From Candidatus Thorarchaeota archaeon (GTDB taxonomy: Archaea; Asgardarchaeota; Thorarchaeia; Thorarchaeales; Thorarchaeaceae), in NCBI GenBank assembly GCA_003345545.1, contig PRDH01000026.1, forward strand, positions 1 through 64,000: a stretch of DNA of 64,000 bases, read 5' to 3'. The translations under genes and the position numbers were made by a program. This document shows, piece by piece, positions 19,564 through 29,707 of this stretch; within the stretch, counting starts at the first letter, position 1; every line of letters starts with the position of its first letter. Below the pieces are notes generated by a model that saw only the letters and a program-made list of their open reading frames with translations, ran no database searches and had not been told where the DNA came from.

Positions 19564-20412
19564 TTAGTGTTTTACACCCCAGAATACGACTTCTCCCTGC
19601 TGCGTTTCATAAGCTCCACTTGTTGAGAATTCTGTTTCAAAAATATTCCGGACGATATTTCCATCTATGACGCCCAACTCTGGGAATAGCGAGGCTGCAG
19701 TCCTCTCGATGAAGTTTTCAAGTTCGGGGCTATCTGACTCTTCAAAGAACACAAAAGGAGCAGTGATTTGCAGCAATCCCTTTCGTGTGAGGACTCTCCT
19801 GCACTCTTCTATGGCAGGCGACAATTCATTCGGAGGAGGAACGCCGTGGAGGTGAACCTCGGATACAGACTCATTCGGAGCATCGATGCTTGTTATTCTC
19901 ATTCCCATGTTCTGATAGGGGATCCCTGTCTTGGTCAGGATATCGGCTGAGCCCACCACTGCCACTGATACTCCTTCCGATGCAGTCAGCAACTCCCGTA
20001 TCGTTCTCAAATCATCGACAGTCAGATTTGGAAAAGAAGCGAAAAGGATCACTCCTGATGCTTGTACTTGCTCAGGTCTCTTATTGAGGTTGTAGAGCCT
20101 TCTGGGATTCTCACGCCTGAAGACTCTGTAGAAATGAAGCAGAGTCTGAATTCCATCTCTCAGGTTCTCGTTCAAGTAATCCTGAGCTTTTGGTCCAAGC
20201 TCATACATCCGCCTGTATGGACCAAGAGGTCCCGGTTGCAGCGCACTACGAACTAGATTGTCATCTTCCATTGCCTTGAGCAACTTGGGCAGCCTGTTCC
20301 TTGTCGGATCCGAAGCCTCAAGTAATGAATACTGGATATCATAGATCGAAGAAGGATTCTGATCTATTGTGAGCAGGATCTTTCTCACCAAGTCCGATCT
20401 AGGTTCCTTCAC
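19564..20412 (-). CDS. PadR-like wHTH regulator fused to a degenerate methyltransferase-like domain
   Basis: GPYRRMYELG wing motif; C-terminal PNESV...EECRRVLTRKG resembles MTase motifs II/III. Confidence 0.6.
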   Translation of the reverse strand: MKEPRSDLVRKILLTIDQNPSSIYDIQYSLLEASDPTRNRLPKLLKAMEDDNLVRSALQPGPLGPYRRMYELGPKAQDYLNENLRDGIQTLLHFYRVFRRENPRRLYNLNKRPEQVQASGVILFASFPNLTVDDLRTIRELLTASEGVSVAVVGSADILTKTGIPYQNMGMRITSIDAPNESVSEVHLHGVPPPNELSPAIEECRRVLTRKGLLQITAPFVFFEESDSPELENFIERTAASLFPELGVIDGNIVRNIFETEFSTSGAYETQQGEVVFWGVKH

Positions 20413-20541
20413 AGACTGCCACCTAATGCAATATCCTAGAGTAATGAGTGCTTAATACTCACACGTTCAACGCCGACAGTGTTTCGCTGGTATCATCCTG
20501 CGAGTTGATAACAAGCGACTGGCTTGCGACTCAGTTCCGAA

Positions 20542-21444
20542 TCACACTGCGAGCACTACCAGTATCACACCCAGAACAGTGAGCACCGCTCCGACTAGCG
20601 ATTTTGGACTGAACTTCTCTTTTAGGAAAAACACTGAAATCGGTATTGCGAATAGTGGTGACATTGAACCAAGAAGTGCGGCAATTGGTGCGCCTATGAG
20701 TTTCACGGTGAACGTGTACAGAAGTGAGCCTATTGTCATTCCGAGAAATCCGGCAACCAGAACAATCTTGGCCGCTTTGCGAGTTGGCAATGGCATTCCA
20801 CGCTTGACCAACCCGAGGAAGACGGGAATGAATATCGCACCACCAAAAAGCATTCTCACAAAGTTAGCATCGATGGGATCAATGTTCGTAACCCCCATCT
20901 GGAGGAGTACACTTCCAAATGCCCAACAGGTAGCGGCAAGAAAGGAGACTCCTATTCCCAGTGCATCGAACTTGATGGCCTTGTCTGATTCCATATTTGC
21001 AGCTTGTGCTCTTGATATCAGTGCGATACCAGTGACTGCGACGATAATCCCCAAGAATCGGCTGAGGAGAACCGTTTCGTTCACAAGAAAAATGGCTACG
21101 ATGTATGTCAATATTGGATAGGTATTCGCGATGGGATATGCGTACGAAACACCGATCCTCTCTTGACTGATGAGATAGATGGTATCGCCTATGACCAGTC
21201 CGATCGTCACAGATGAGATAAGAAAGATGAGCGAATCCAGAGGCATGTAGAATGGAGTTGTCCGAAAAGGCAGGATGACAATGACAGACATGACAGCTAA
21301 GGCAGCCCACATCTTAAGAGCTGAGATTGCTATCACAGTGGCTTCCTTGCTCTGAGACTTGTATATATTCGTGGATATCGCCCAAAGGAGCGACGTGAAG
21401 AGGCCAATCAGGATTCCAATCGAGAGTTCTGGTGTCACCTGCAT
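20542..21444 (-). CDS. DMT/EamA family transporter
   Basis: Two 5-TM repeats ending FLVNE and FLKE..S...GAVL. Confidence 0.9.
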   Translation of the reverse strand: MQVTPELSIGILIGLFTSLLWAISTNIYKSQSKEATVIAISALKMWAALAVMSVIVILPFRTTPFYMPLDSLIFLISSVTIGLVIGDTIYLISQERIGVSYAYPIANTYPILTYIVAIFLVNETVLLSRFLGIIVAVTGIALISRAQAANMESDKAIKFDALGIGVSFLAATCWAFGSVLLQMGVTNIDPIDANFVRMLFGGAIFIPVFLGLVKRGMPLPTRKAAKIVLVAGFLGMTIGSLLYTFTVKLIGAPIAALLGSMSPLFAIPISVFFLKEKFSPKSLVGAVLTVLGVILVVLAV

Positions 21445-21519
21445 AGAGAGATCGATGGTGGAACTTTGAAAGGTACTATTGAAGCTATTCCATTGCACAA
21501 TCTGCGAATTCCAGGCAAT

Positions 21520-23253
21520 TCAAGCATTGGCAGTTTCAATCGAATCAACTTGAGGCTTAGAGCTATATACCTTCGGTATGATTAGAGGATGGATTAGCCA
21601 AAAGATGACAGCCACTATGGAGAAAAAGGGGCCCATCTCAAGCATCAGACCAATATAGCCGTAGGTCTGAAAGAGATATGCAAGATAGAGAAACTCAATG
21701 CAACAACAAATGACTATTCCTAATCCCGCAGCTTTTTCTTTCATCTTTGATTCAAATCCTTCAAGCTGACCAGTGGTCACTACGAAGACCAAGAATATAA
21801 TCATCCACAGCAAAATGGCGATCCCAATACCTCTCTCTGATTGTGCCATGAGGACGGCATTCGAATCACTGTTGTAAACTATCGTACTGAAGAATGGACT
21901 GCCAGTCCGATAGGTAATATAGTTCATAATTGGAGTTGATTCCACATAGGGCGACTCATCAAACGAGCTTAGCCAGGGGATAATGAGGCTAAGATTCAGA
22001 AAACCCCAGGGTATGAAAGCTCTGCTTTTCACTGTCTTTGACTTGTAGTAAACTGGTGCTATCAGAACTATCATTGCAAACGAGAGAAGTGATATGAGTT
22101 TCCCCGGAGGAATCAATAGGTTACCAATCTGAATCCAATTAGGATGAATGACTAGCGTCATGTTTCTATTGAAACCCGTGTTAACTGCAGTCAAGAATGT
22201 TCGAACCCGAACTGTTGAACCAAGAATCCGAAAAGACGAATCAAATGATCCAACTTCGATATCGAGAGTTCTATTAGACGGAGTGTAGAAGTAGGGAGAG
22301 GAGTAGGCGAGAATATGCTCGTATTCACCGGAGCCGTAATAGTACGCAACGCTGATTCCGAGTTCAGGTATGCGCTGGCTACACTCGACATCGAGACGCA
22401 CGAATTGAGCACTGAAACGAAGGAACATGGATTGATTCGTCTGAGTGGTGAAGTTGTGGATCAATAGATCCCGATAGGGCCATTGGAATCTAGCAGACAG
22501 ATTTCCAGCAGGGACTAAGAGAGTATCGTTGACACGAGTTGGACTGAACACTGTGTATGAATTATTATAGACTAGAACCACCTTTGGAGCATATATGCTC
22601 TGGTAGATTTGATAAATGAAAGGACTCGAGTAAAGGCTCTCGCCATTTGTCCTCCTGATGTCCACTACGAGTGGACACACGCTCTCTGAAACAGCCACTT
22701 GGAGCCAGTATCTGATTAGCTGTACAGAATCCTCTTGACAATCTTTCACTGAAAGCCGGACGAATAATTGGTCTGCCCATCCATGATAGGTACTGCCAGA
22801 ACCACTCCATGGAAGTGTAAGGGTGAGCGAATGGGCACCTATTCCTAAGGCTGATGAATTGGTTATGTAATGGGCTTCACCATAATTCCAATCTTCAGCT
22901 GCCGCTGTCACCGTAGCTGTATCGTTAATGATAGAAAAAGAAAATCCCATTCGTATTTCAGTCACTTTCAGTAGAGGGATATTGATCTCAGACTCAATAG
23001 AATAAGTGCCCGCAGAAAACTCATACCTGCGCCAGTAATCGAAGGATGTGATGTTAGCAATAGTAATCAGTGTCTTGGGAATAATGGGAGTCGAGATAAT
23101 CTCTGAGCCTGCAGAGGTTTCAATCTCTGGTCCATAGACAACATCAACAGTGGGATTGGGATTTGGCCAATTGACAATCGCTCCAGTCACTGTGACAAGC
23201 ATTACGAGAATGAGCACTCCTGTATGACATGTGCTCTCTCCTTCTGTCTTCAA
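21520..23253 (-). CDS. surface glycoprotein-like protein with N-terminal anchor and C-terminal multi-TM region
   Basis: N-terminal hydrophobic helix, beta-rich region with many NxS/T sequons, about 5 C-terminal TM helices. Confidence 0.6.
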   Translation of the reverse strand: MKTEGESTCHTGVLILVMLVTVTGAIVNWPNPNPTVDVVYGPEIETSAGSEIISTPIIPKTLITIANITSFDYWRRYEFSAGTYSIESEINIPLLKVTEIRMGFSFSIINDTATVTAAAEDWNYGEAHYITNSSALGIGAHSLTLTLPWSGSGSTYHGWADQLFVRLSVKDCQEDSVQLIRYWLQVAVSESVCPLVVDIRRTNGESLYSSPFIYQIYQSIYAPKVVLVYNNSYTVFSPTRVNDTLLVPAGNLSARFQWPYRDLLIHNFTTQTNQSMFLRFSAQFVRLDVECSQRIPELGISVAYYYGSGEYEHILAYSSPYFYTPSNRTLDIEVGSFDSSFRILGSTVRVRTFLTAVNTGFNRNMTLVIHPNWIQIGNLLIPPGKLISLLSFAMIVLIAPVYYKSKTVKSRAFIPWGFLNLSLIIPWLSSFDESPYVESTPIMNYITYRTGSPFFSTIVYNSDSNAVLMAQSERGIGIAILLWMIIFLVFVVTTGQLEGFESKMKEKAAGLGIVICCCIEFLYLAYLFQTYGYIGLMLEMGPFFSIVAVIFWLIHPLIIPKVYSSKPQVDSIETANA

Positions 23254-23463
23254 TTGCGACTTTCCCCTTCTGTGTATATGTCAGGTGGTTAGCAGATGAA
23301 GTTTTCCATTCATTCTGGGGCAACTTGCTTCATTCTTGACCCTAATAAGGACATCAGGTTTAGGTCACAAAAGGTGTCCCCATAATGTGTCCCCCTATAG
23401 TGCCTTTTCATTATATGCATATGATTCTCAGCAATGAGGAGTCCTCTTTGGGAGACACAAGAG

Positions 23464-24969
23464 ATGAGTAGAACATCGAGTTTCATGGGCTTTTCAGAGG
23501 CTGACGATAAGGCAATTCACCTTGGCCGGGTCCTGATGATCCTCTTGCCGACAGCTAGTATCATCTTCACACTAAGCACCACGTTCTATACCATCTTTGT
23601 TGCAGAGGCTCTGGGAGGGTCTGGAGGATATATCGCAGGCTTGGGTCTCTTGGGAGTGCTCGTTGCAATAGAAATGGTGACTCAGACCATTCTCGATTAT
23701 CCAAGCGGCGCGCTCGGAGATGCAATTGGGCAGAGGTGGGTAATCGCTATAGGGAACTCCTTGTACGGTGTCGCTTTCTTGCTGGTTTCGTTCGTGACTT
23801 CAACAACCCCATTCCCCTATCTAGTCCTGATCTTTGTAGTTCAGGGCTTGGCGCAGTCCCAGATCAGTGGAGCTTGGAACGCATGGTTTGACAACAACTA
23901 CAGGGTCGCTATGCCACAAGACAAAGAGAGGAAACAGTATGGCGTGTTCTGGGGCAGGATGGGTATGATATCGCAAATAGCTGCCACCGCCGCACTCATC
24001 CCAGGCAGCATCCTTGCCGTTGTCTTCCGACGTACATTTGTTTTCCAACTTGAGGCTATTGGTGCCTTTGTCTTTGCCTTACTTGTCTTGAGGTATATCA
24101 GAGACTTTCCCGAAGTGGAAGCGATGCGGGAGAAGCGCCCATCTATGCATGAATATACTTCGCTGCTCCGTGAAGGAGTCAGTTACATGTGGCACACACC
24201 ATTTGTAAAGTACCTCGTTCTGGGCTCCATGCTGGCTGCAAGTGCAATCTCAGTCTGGGGCCAGTTGATTCTATTCCCTCTCTACTTCAGCTACTTGATT
24301 ACTGATGTTGCTGTAGCCTCATACCGGACTCTCGCTTTCATACCGGGCGTTGCTTCAAATGAGAGATCAGGCGTGTGGTCTCAGAAGTTCGAGCCAAGGA
24401 AATGGATTCCTCGATTTCGACTTCTACAGGGCTGTGGTTTTGTTTTCTTCTTAATACTGGCAATCATTATGTTTGTATTCCCGCCAGTCGCTGACACTAC
24501 TCAAATGCTCAGAGTCATGTGGCCATTTACGAGTTTGGTTCTGATTGAGTTTCCCATCCAACATGTGATTCCCATTGTGGTCCTCTTCAGTCTATTCACA
24601 GTAACTTTCTTTTTTGGCGGGTTTGCGGAGATCCTCACGCAGAGAATCTTGCTTGATGCCATACCAAACAGAAATCGAAACTCAATATATTCCTTGCAGC
24701 CAACGATTCTCCTGCTTCTGTCAACGCCTCAGATAGCAATACTCGGTTGGGTCATACCCCTCTGGGGCTTTCCTGTAACACTCCTCATATGTGCAGCAGT
24801 ATCATTCTCTGGCGTCCTGATAATCAGATATGCTATGACTTTGGAGAAACCTATTGCCGAGAGAATTGAGACAAAGGCTGTTCCGGCCGAAAAAGAACTT
24901 CCTGGTGTGTTAGGCTCGGAGCCTCCCAGCGAGAAGATAGAGAGCATTGTTGAAGCGATCTCAGACTGA
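23464..24969 (+). CDS. MFS transporter
   Basis: Motif A (PSGALGDAIGQR); about 12 TM helices. Confidence 0.85.
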   Translation: MSRTSSFMGFSEADDKAIHLGRVLMILLPTASIIFTLSTTFYTIFVAEALGGSGGYIAGLGLLGVLVAIEMVTQTILDYPSGALGDAIGQRWVIAIGNSLYGVAFLLVSFVTSTTPFPYLVLIFVVQGLAQSQISGAWNAWFDNNYRVAMPQDKERKQYGVFWGRMGMISQIAATAALIPGSILAVVFRRTFVFQLEAIGAFVFALLVLRYIRDFPEVEAMREKRPSMHEYTSLLREGVSYMWHTPFVKYLVLGSMLAASAISVWGQLILFPLYFSYLITDVAVASYRTLAFIPGVASNERSGVWSQKFEPRKWIPRFRLLQGCGFVFFLILAIIMFVFPPVADTTQMLRVMWPFTSLVLIEFPIQHVIPIVVLFSLFTVTFFFGGFAEILTQRILLDAIPNRNRNSIYSLQPTILLLLSTPQIAILGWVIPLWGFPVTLLICAAVSFSGVLIIRYAMTLEKPIAERIETKAVPAEKELPGVLGSEPPSEKIESIVEAISD

Positions 24970-25076
24970 TTGAGTATTCTCCCGTCGCTTTGGCTCATAG
25001 CGGAAAAACTGCACTAGACCTGACTGGGGAACGCCTCCACGAACTACTTTGAAAACAAGGATATGAAGCGCTCAAT

Positions 25077-26150
25077 TCACTTCTTTGTTCTCTCGTAGAA
25101 GTACTTGCCCTTGCTGTAGATCAATTCATCTCCAGCGTGAATCTCGCCCTTATGCATTGACTTGATCATATCCACATGAACTGCTGACTCATTTACGCCA
25201 TTGCACTCTTTGTAGGCCCTTCCTAGAGCGCAATGAACTGTATCTCCGATCTTTTCGTCGAATAGCATGTTGAGCGTGTATTGTTTGATTCCTCTGTTCG
25301 TTCCTATGGCGATCTCACCGAGTCTGCGGGAACCCTCATCGGTTTCGATGATTTGTTTGAGCGTCGCTTCTTCCTTTTCAGCTGAGAAATCGGTGACCTT
25401 GCCTTTCTCAAAGGTGAGCTTGACTCCCTCGATAACCTTCCCCAGCTGAAGGAATGGAATATCGAAGTAGATCTTTCCCTCGACACTATCATCGACTGGT
25501 GCTGTGAATACTTCTCCGCTAGGCATGTTGTGCTTTCCGATGCTCGCTACCCAGATTCTGCCTTTAGTAGAGGCGAAGAGGTCAGTCTTCGGCCCGATGT
25601 ATCTGACATCATTGTGTTTCTCAAGGTGCTCTTTCATGACATACATCATCTTGCTCTCTTCTGCCCAGTTGACAAGTGTTGCTCCATAGACAAAGTCCCG
25701 ATATTCCTCGAGGCTCATATTCGCCTGTTGTGCCAATGTCTGACATGGATGAACTGACAGGGTCCATCGTTTTCCGAGACGTATGTCTTGAATTTCCTGT
25801 TGTGATTTGCTATCTAGCAGGACCCGCTTCGGGTCAACATTCGCCAATGCTTTCGTGTTGACGGGCGAGCGCAGTGCAATGTAGACATCACAGTTCTCAG
25901 TTATTGCCTTGAGATGTTTCGGGACTAGCTGTAGTGTTTCCTCTGAAGCTCCATCAAAGTACGCTCGAAGAGCCTCCTCACTGCTCATCAGAGTGACGAC
26001 TCTCCCGCCAGCTTTGGCAATCTCCTTGTGAAGCGCGACAACGAGTTCATGGGCATCTGGTGTTGCATTGATGACGACCATGTCTCCTGGTTTCACTTCA
26101 GTACTCCATTCAACGAGTATTCTTGCATGCTCTTCGATTCTGGGATCCAT
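25077..26150 (-). CDS. aminopeptidase, M29 family (AmpS/AmpT-like)
   Basis: NMPSGEVFTAP, LGEIAIG, LFDEK, HCALG.AY, SAVHVDM. Confidence 0.93.
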   Translation of the reverse strand: MDPRIEEHARILVEWSTEVKPGDMVVINATPDAHELVVALHKEIAKAGGRVVTLMSSEEALRAYFDGASEETLQLVPKHLKAITENCDVYIALRSPVNTKALANVDPKRVLLDSKSQQEIQDIRLGKRWTLSVHPCQTLAQQANMSLEEYRDFVYGATLVNWAEESKMMYVMKEHLEKHNDVRYIGPKTDLFASTKGRIWVASIGKHNMPSGEVFTAPVDDSVEGKIYFDIPFLQLGKVIEGVKLTFEKGKVTDFSAEKEEATLKQIIETDEGSRRLGEIAIGTNRGIKQYTLNMLFDEKIGDTVHCALGRAYKECNGVNESAVHVDMIKSMHKGEIHAGDELIYSKGKYFYERTKK

Positions 26151-26238
26151 ATCAATACCTCTGATTCTGGAAATGTGATTCATTTCATATAGATTGTGGA
26201 TTGCGCTCCCAGTACGTTGCCTGCGCATTATTAGAAGG

Positions 26239-26649
26239 CTAGACTTCGCGTTTCTCAGTTGGATGGGTAGCTCCGCAGTATGGACATTTCACAGTGAGCG
26301 GTCCCACCCACTCGACTTCCCTAGCAGTGAGCGTTGCGCCGCAGTCTTTGCAGAACCGGGGAGGTTCATGAACGTATGATTTTTCCTTCGCAACGTTTCC
26401 CACTTGACGAGCTGCAGCCAGCCCTGCCAATCCGAAATGCCCTAGAGAGTCCCGGATCCCATAGAGGATTATGCCAGTCCCGACAAGGGCACTGACCATT
26501 GGGACAACTAGAACATAGAGCAGAATTGTTCCCACATCATGGGTATCCGTCCAAAAGAATTGCATGAATCCTCCAAAGAAACCGCCAACTATGACTATCA
26601 TGCCTACGACCATGGTGGCGATTCTTTTTCCGCCAGAGCCTTCTGTCAT
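26239..26649 (-). CDS. 2-TM protein with C-terminal zinc ribbon
   Basis: Two TM helices, then CKDC...CPYC. Confidence 0.7.
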   Translation of the reverse strand: MTEGSGGKRIATMVVGMIVIVGGFFGGFMQFFWTDTHDVGTILLYVLVVPMVSALVGTGIILYGIRDSLGHFGLAGLAAARQVGNVAKEKSYVHEPPRFCKDCGATLTAREVEWVGPLTVKCPYCGATHPTEKREV

Positions 26650-26797
26650 GTTTCATCAACCACTATATGATGTAGCGTCTATTTCTTGCGACGAGTTATA
26701 GGTTTCTCTCGGATGGACTACCTCCTGCAATATCAAGCCCTCTACTTGAACTACTCAATCACTAAGGTTCATCAGGAAGTTATGCTAAGGTATTTGC

Positions 26798-27286
26798 ATG
26801 TTCGAGATGTTGGAAGGTGCGCTCAAGAGAGGACTCAGAGGAAAGTACATCCATATCGACCCAATGAAAGCAATTGAAGGTCTGACTGCGGACACAGCCT
26901 ACAGGGTACCCAAACCGGGAACTCATTCGTGCTGGAATATCCTTCATCACATCGTGTATTGGCAGGAATTGATGCTGAAAGCACTGAGGGGCGAGGCCGT
27001 TGACTGGCCCAAGAACAACGAGAAGAGCTGGCAATCTGACACCATGTCAAAGAACGCTGATGACTGGTTGAAGCTTGTTCAGAAGTTTGACCAAGGTCTT
27101 ATCGAGGCAGATGCACAGGCTAGCCGAATAGAATCAATGGAAGGACTTCCTGCATGGCCAAAGGTTCCACCTTTTGCAGCAATCATGTCTATTGCTCAAC
27201 ACAACACTTACCACATTGGTGAGATTGTGGCAACCCGTCAGGCTCTGGGACTATGGCCACCTCCAGCATACAGAGAAACGTTTTGA
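26798..27286 (+). CDS. DinB/YfiT-family protein
   Basis: HSCWNILHHIVYWQ and HNTYHIGEI His motifs. Confidence 0.85.
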   Translation: MFEMLEGALKRGLRGKYIHIDPMKAIEGLTADTAYRVPKPGTHSCWNILHHIVYWQELMLKALRGEAVDWPKNNEKSWQSDTMSKNADDWLKLVQKFDQGLIEADAQASRIESMEGLPAWPKVPPFAAIMSIAQHNTYHIGEIVATRQALGLWPPPAYRETF

Positions 27287-27291
27287 ATAGT

Positions 27292-29670
27292 CTAAGGAGC
27301 AGATCGTCTGACTCGCACCAGAATCGAGTTGAATCCAGGTGTATGCCCGAATGCCGTGTGCCTGTCATCGGTCAGTTGATTGATGTTGCCATCTACGTCC
27401 CACCAACCGTCTGATGCCCACACGACTCGTGGATCGATATCCTCAGTGAGTTCAAGTCTGGCATCTGCAACGCTCCCTCTCTGTGATTCTATGGTGACCC
27501 TGTCGCAGTCACGAAGGCCGAGGTCCATTGCGGTGCTTGGATGCATTCGCAGGAAAGCACGGTGTTCGCCAGCATCTTTCCTTGTTGGCATCCGTATTGG
27601 ATCTGTGACGACATCAAAAGGACACACATCAATCTGGCATTCCCTACAGCCGATGCAGCGGGATGAATCCCATAGTGGCACTAAGAGTGCTGTCATTGCT
27701 ACAGGGATATCGATTCTGTCATCTGAAAGACTGATTGCCAAGCGGCCGATGACGGAGCTCAATTCGCGACGAAGCTTGGCTGGGCTTGTGGTTGCCAGCT
27801 CTCCATCCTGCTGAATCATGTGTGGACTCGGTTGAACAAGTGATATGGCTTCATCAGGGCATTCTGTTATGCATTTCTTACAGGAGGTACAATGAGAGAA
27901 GCTCTTCACAGTTGCCCCAACTTCAACAGTAGTGTACTGGGAGTGTAACCTAGTTCCGGTTCTCCCTGTAATCATTATGAGTGGGTATTCTTCGAAACTC
28001 CTAGGCTGCGAGAGAGGGCTTTCTGCGGGCTCTACATGGAATGGGAGGGGATTATAGCCATAGCGTGCAACATCTGCAGAATAGAGCTCCACTTTGCCCG
28101 ATGGCGTCTTGAAGATGTGGTCAGCGAATGGAATGCCTGAGCTAGTTGTCCGTATCCCTTCCGGATGCTCCTTCAAATCCTGCAATGTGATATGTCTGCA
28201 CTCCTCACTATCGAGAGCAATCCGAATCGCATCAGTCTCTGTCAGTTGGAAATATTCACCAAGACCAATTCGCTCTGCAATGCCACGCCAGATGTCCAGT
28301 TCACATCTGGCCTCTCCCTGCGGCTCGACAATCTTCGGGGCATACTGAACGATTCGATGGAGTTCCGAATGGACCAAGTTGTCGTGCTCAAAGATGAAGG
28401 TGGCAGGCAGCACTAGATTGCAGAGCCTTGCCGTATCTGTCATCTCAAGATCGATGCAGACCTTGAATGGTATCTTCTGAAGCGCCCTCTTGGTCTTCCG
28501 TGTGTTAGGCCACTGAGTGATTGGATTGGCAGCTTGAACGATGAGAACTCTGATGGGGCTTTTCTCGTGGCTCAAGATGAATTCTGGAATATGTGTCGCG
28601 GAGGGAACAATAGGTCTGACATCGTCATCAAGGAGACGACTAAGTGTTACTGCCCCACCGTTGAAAGGACTGCAGTCCGAAGATAAGTACTGAAAACCGC
28701 CTCCAGAAACTCCAAGGTACCCGCAGATGGCGAGCAGGCTATGGACCGCTCTCGCTGCCCACGTTCCATTGGTATAGTGGTTCATTCCTGCTGGTGCTGT
28801 CATTATTAGTGATGGTCCATGTGTTGCGAATGTCTTGGCAATCTTCTCAATGGTGTTTTCGGAAACCCAAGTGACCTCGCTCACTTTCTTCTTCGTATAA
28901 TGGGATACCGCTTCTCTGAACTCCTCAAAACCTAAGACGTAATTCTCGACAAATCTATGGTCGTAGAGACCTTTGTTGATGATTTCATTCGCCAATCCCA
29001 GTGCAAGCGCTCCATCAGTGCCTGGCCTTATTGTACTATAGATGTCTGCGACCTTTGCGTATGGCGTCTTTCGAGGATCGATGACAATCAGTTTAGCACC
29101 CTTGTCAATGGCTTCCTGTATGACTCGCTTCGAGTGAATACTCGACTCATGCTTATTCGTACCCCAGATGACAATACATCGCGAGTTCGCCCAATCACTC
29201 AATTCATGTGGCGAGAAGGGACCGACATTGAATCTTGCTCCTTCGTACGCTCCTTCAAAGCATATCTCTGCAATACCGGGTATCATTCTGCATCCGAAGG
29301 CATTAGCGAAGCGCGCTGCATATCTTGGAGCCATTCCATCATTTCCAGATCCTGAGTAGACCGCAACACTGCTCGGCCCTTGTGTCTTCCTTACTTGCTC
29401 CATCTTAACCGCAATACCGTCAAGTGCCCTTTCCCAGCTAATTCTCTTGAAGGATCCATCAGGTTGTTTCTTCATTGGATAGAGAAGTCTGTCTTCTGAG
29501 TACATTCTCAGAACATGGGCGTATCCCTTGGGGCAACATCTACCCAGAGTGTATGGATGATTGGGATTGCCTTCCAATCTAGTGATTCTACCTTCTTCAA
29601 CGTGGATGACATAGGAACATAAATCAGGACAGTTCAGAGCACAAGCTGAATGATAATTCTCGACAACCAT
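27292..29670 (-). CDS. molybdopterin (DMSO reductase superfamily) oxidoreductase with inserted 2x[4Fe-4S] ferredoxin
   Basis: N-terminal CALNCPDLC...CPKG, IDPR, RPGTDGALALG, TDTA...LPA, TPSGK, RLHSQ; extra CxxCxxCxxxCP-type motifs. Confidence 0.88.
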   Translation of the reverse strand: MVVENYHSACALNCPDLCSYVIHVEEGRITRLEGNPNHPYTLGRCCPKGYAHVLRMYSEDRLLYPMKKQPDGSFKRISWERALDGIAVKMEQVRKTQGPSSVAVYSGSGNDGMAPRYAARFANAFGCRMIPGIAEICFEGAYEGARFNVGPFSPHELSDWANSRCIVIWGTNKHESSIHSKRVIQEAIDKGAKLIVIDPRKTPYAKVADIYSTIRPGTDGALALGLANEIINKGLYDHRFVENYVLGFEEFREAVSHYTKKKVSEVTWVSENTIEKIAKTFATHGPSLIMTAPAGMNHYTNGTWAARAVHSLLAICGYLGVSGGGFQYLSSDCSPFNGGAVTLSRLLDDDVRPIVPSATHIPEFILSHEKSPIRVLIVQAANPITQWPNTRKTKRALQKIPFKVCIDLEMTDTARLCNLVLPATFIFEHDNLVHSELHRIVQYAPKIVEPQGEARCELDIWRGIAERIGLGEYFQLTETDAIRIALDSEECRHITLQDLKEHPEGIRTTSSGIPFADHIFKTPSGKVELYSADVARYGYNPLPFHVEPAESPLSQPRSFEEYPLIMITGRTGTRLHSQYTTVEVGATVKSFSHCTSCKKCITECPDEAISLVQPSPHMIQQDGELATTSPAKLRRELSSVIGRLAISLSDDRIDIPVAMTALLVPLWDSSRCIGCRECQIDVCPFDVVTDPIRMPTRKDAGEHRAFLRMHPSTAMDLGLRDCDRVTIESQRGSVADARLELTEDIDPRVVWASDGWWDVDGNINQLTDDRHTAFGHTPGFNSILVRVRRSAP

Positions 29671-29707
29671 TGACCTTCACAATGACTGGCGCGTGATTAA
29701 TATTTCT

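Noticed and set aside
29260-29262. Possible selenocysteine at the molybdoenzyme metal ligand, since Asgard archaea can encode Sec
   Set aside because: The codon is TGC (Cys), and I saw no in-frame TGA interrupting any redox gene in the window.
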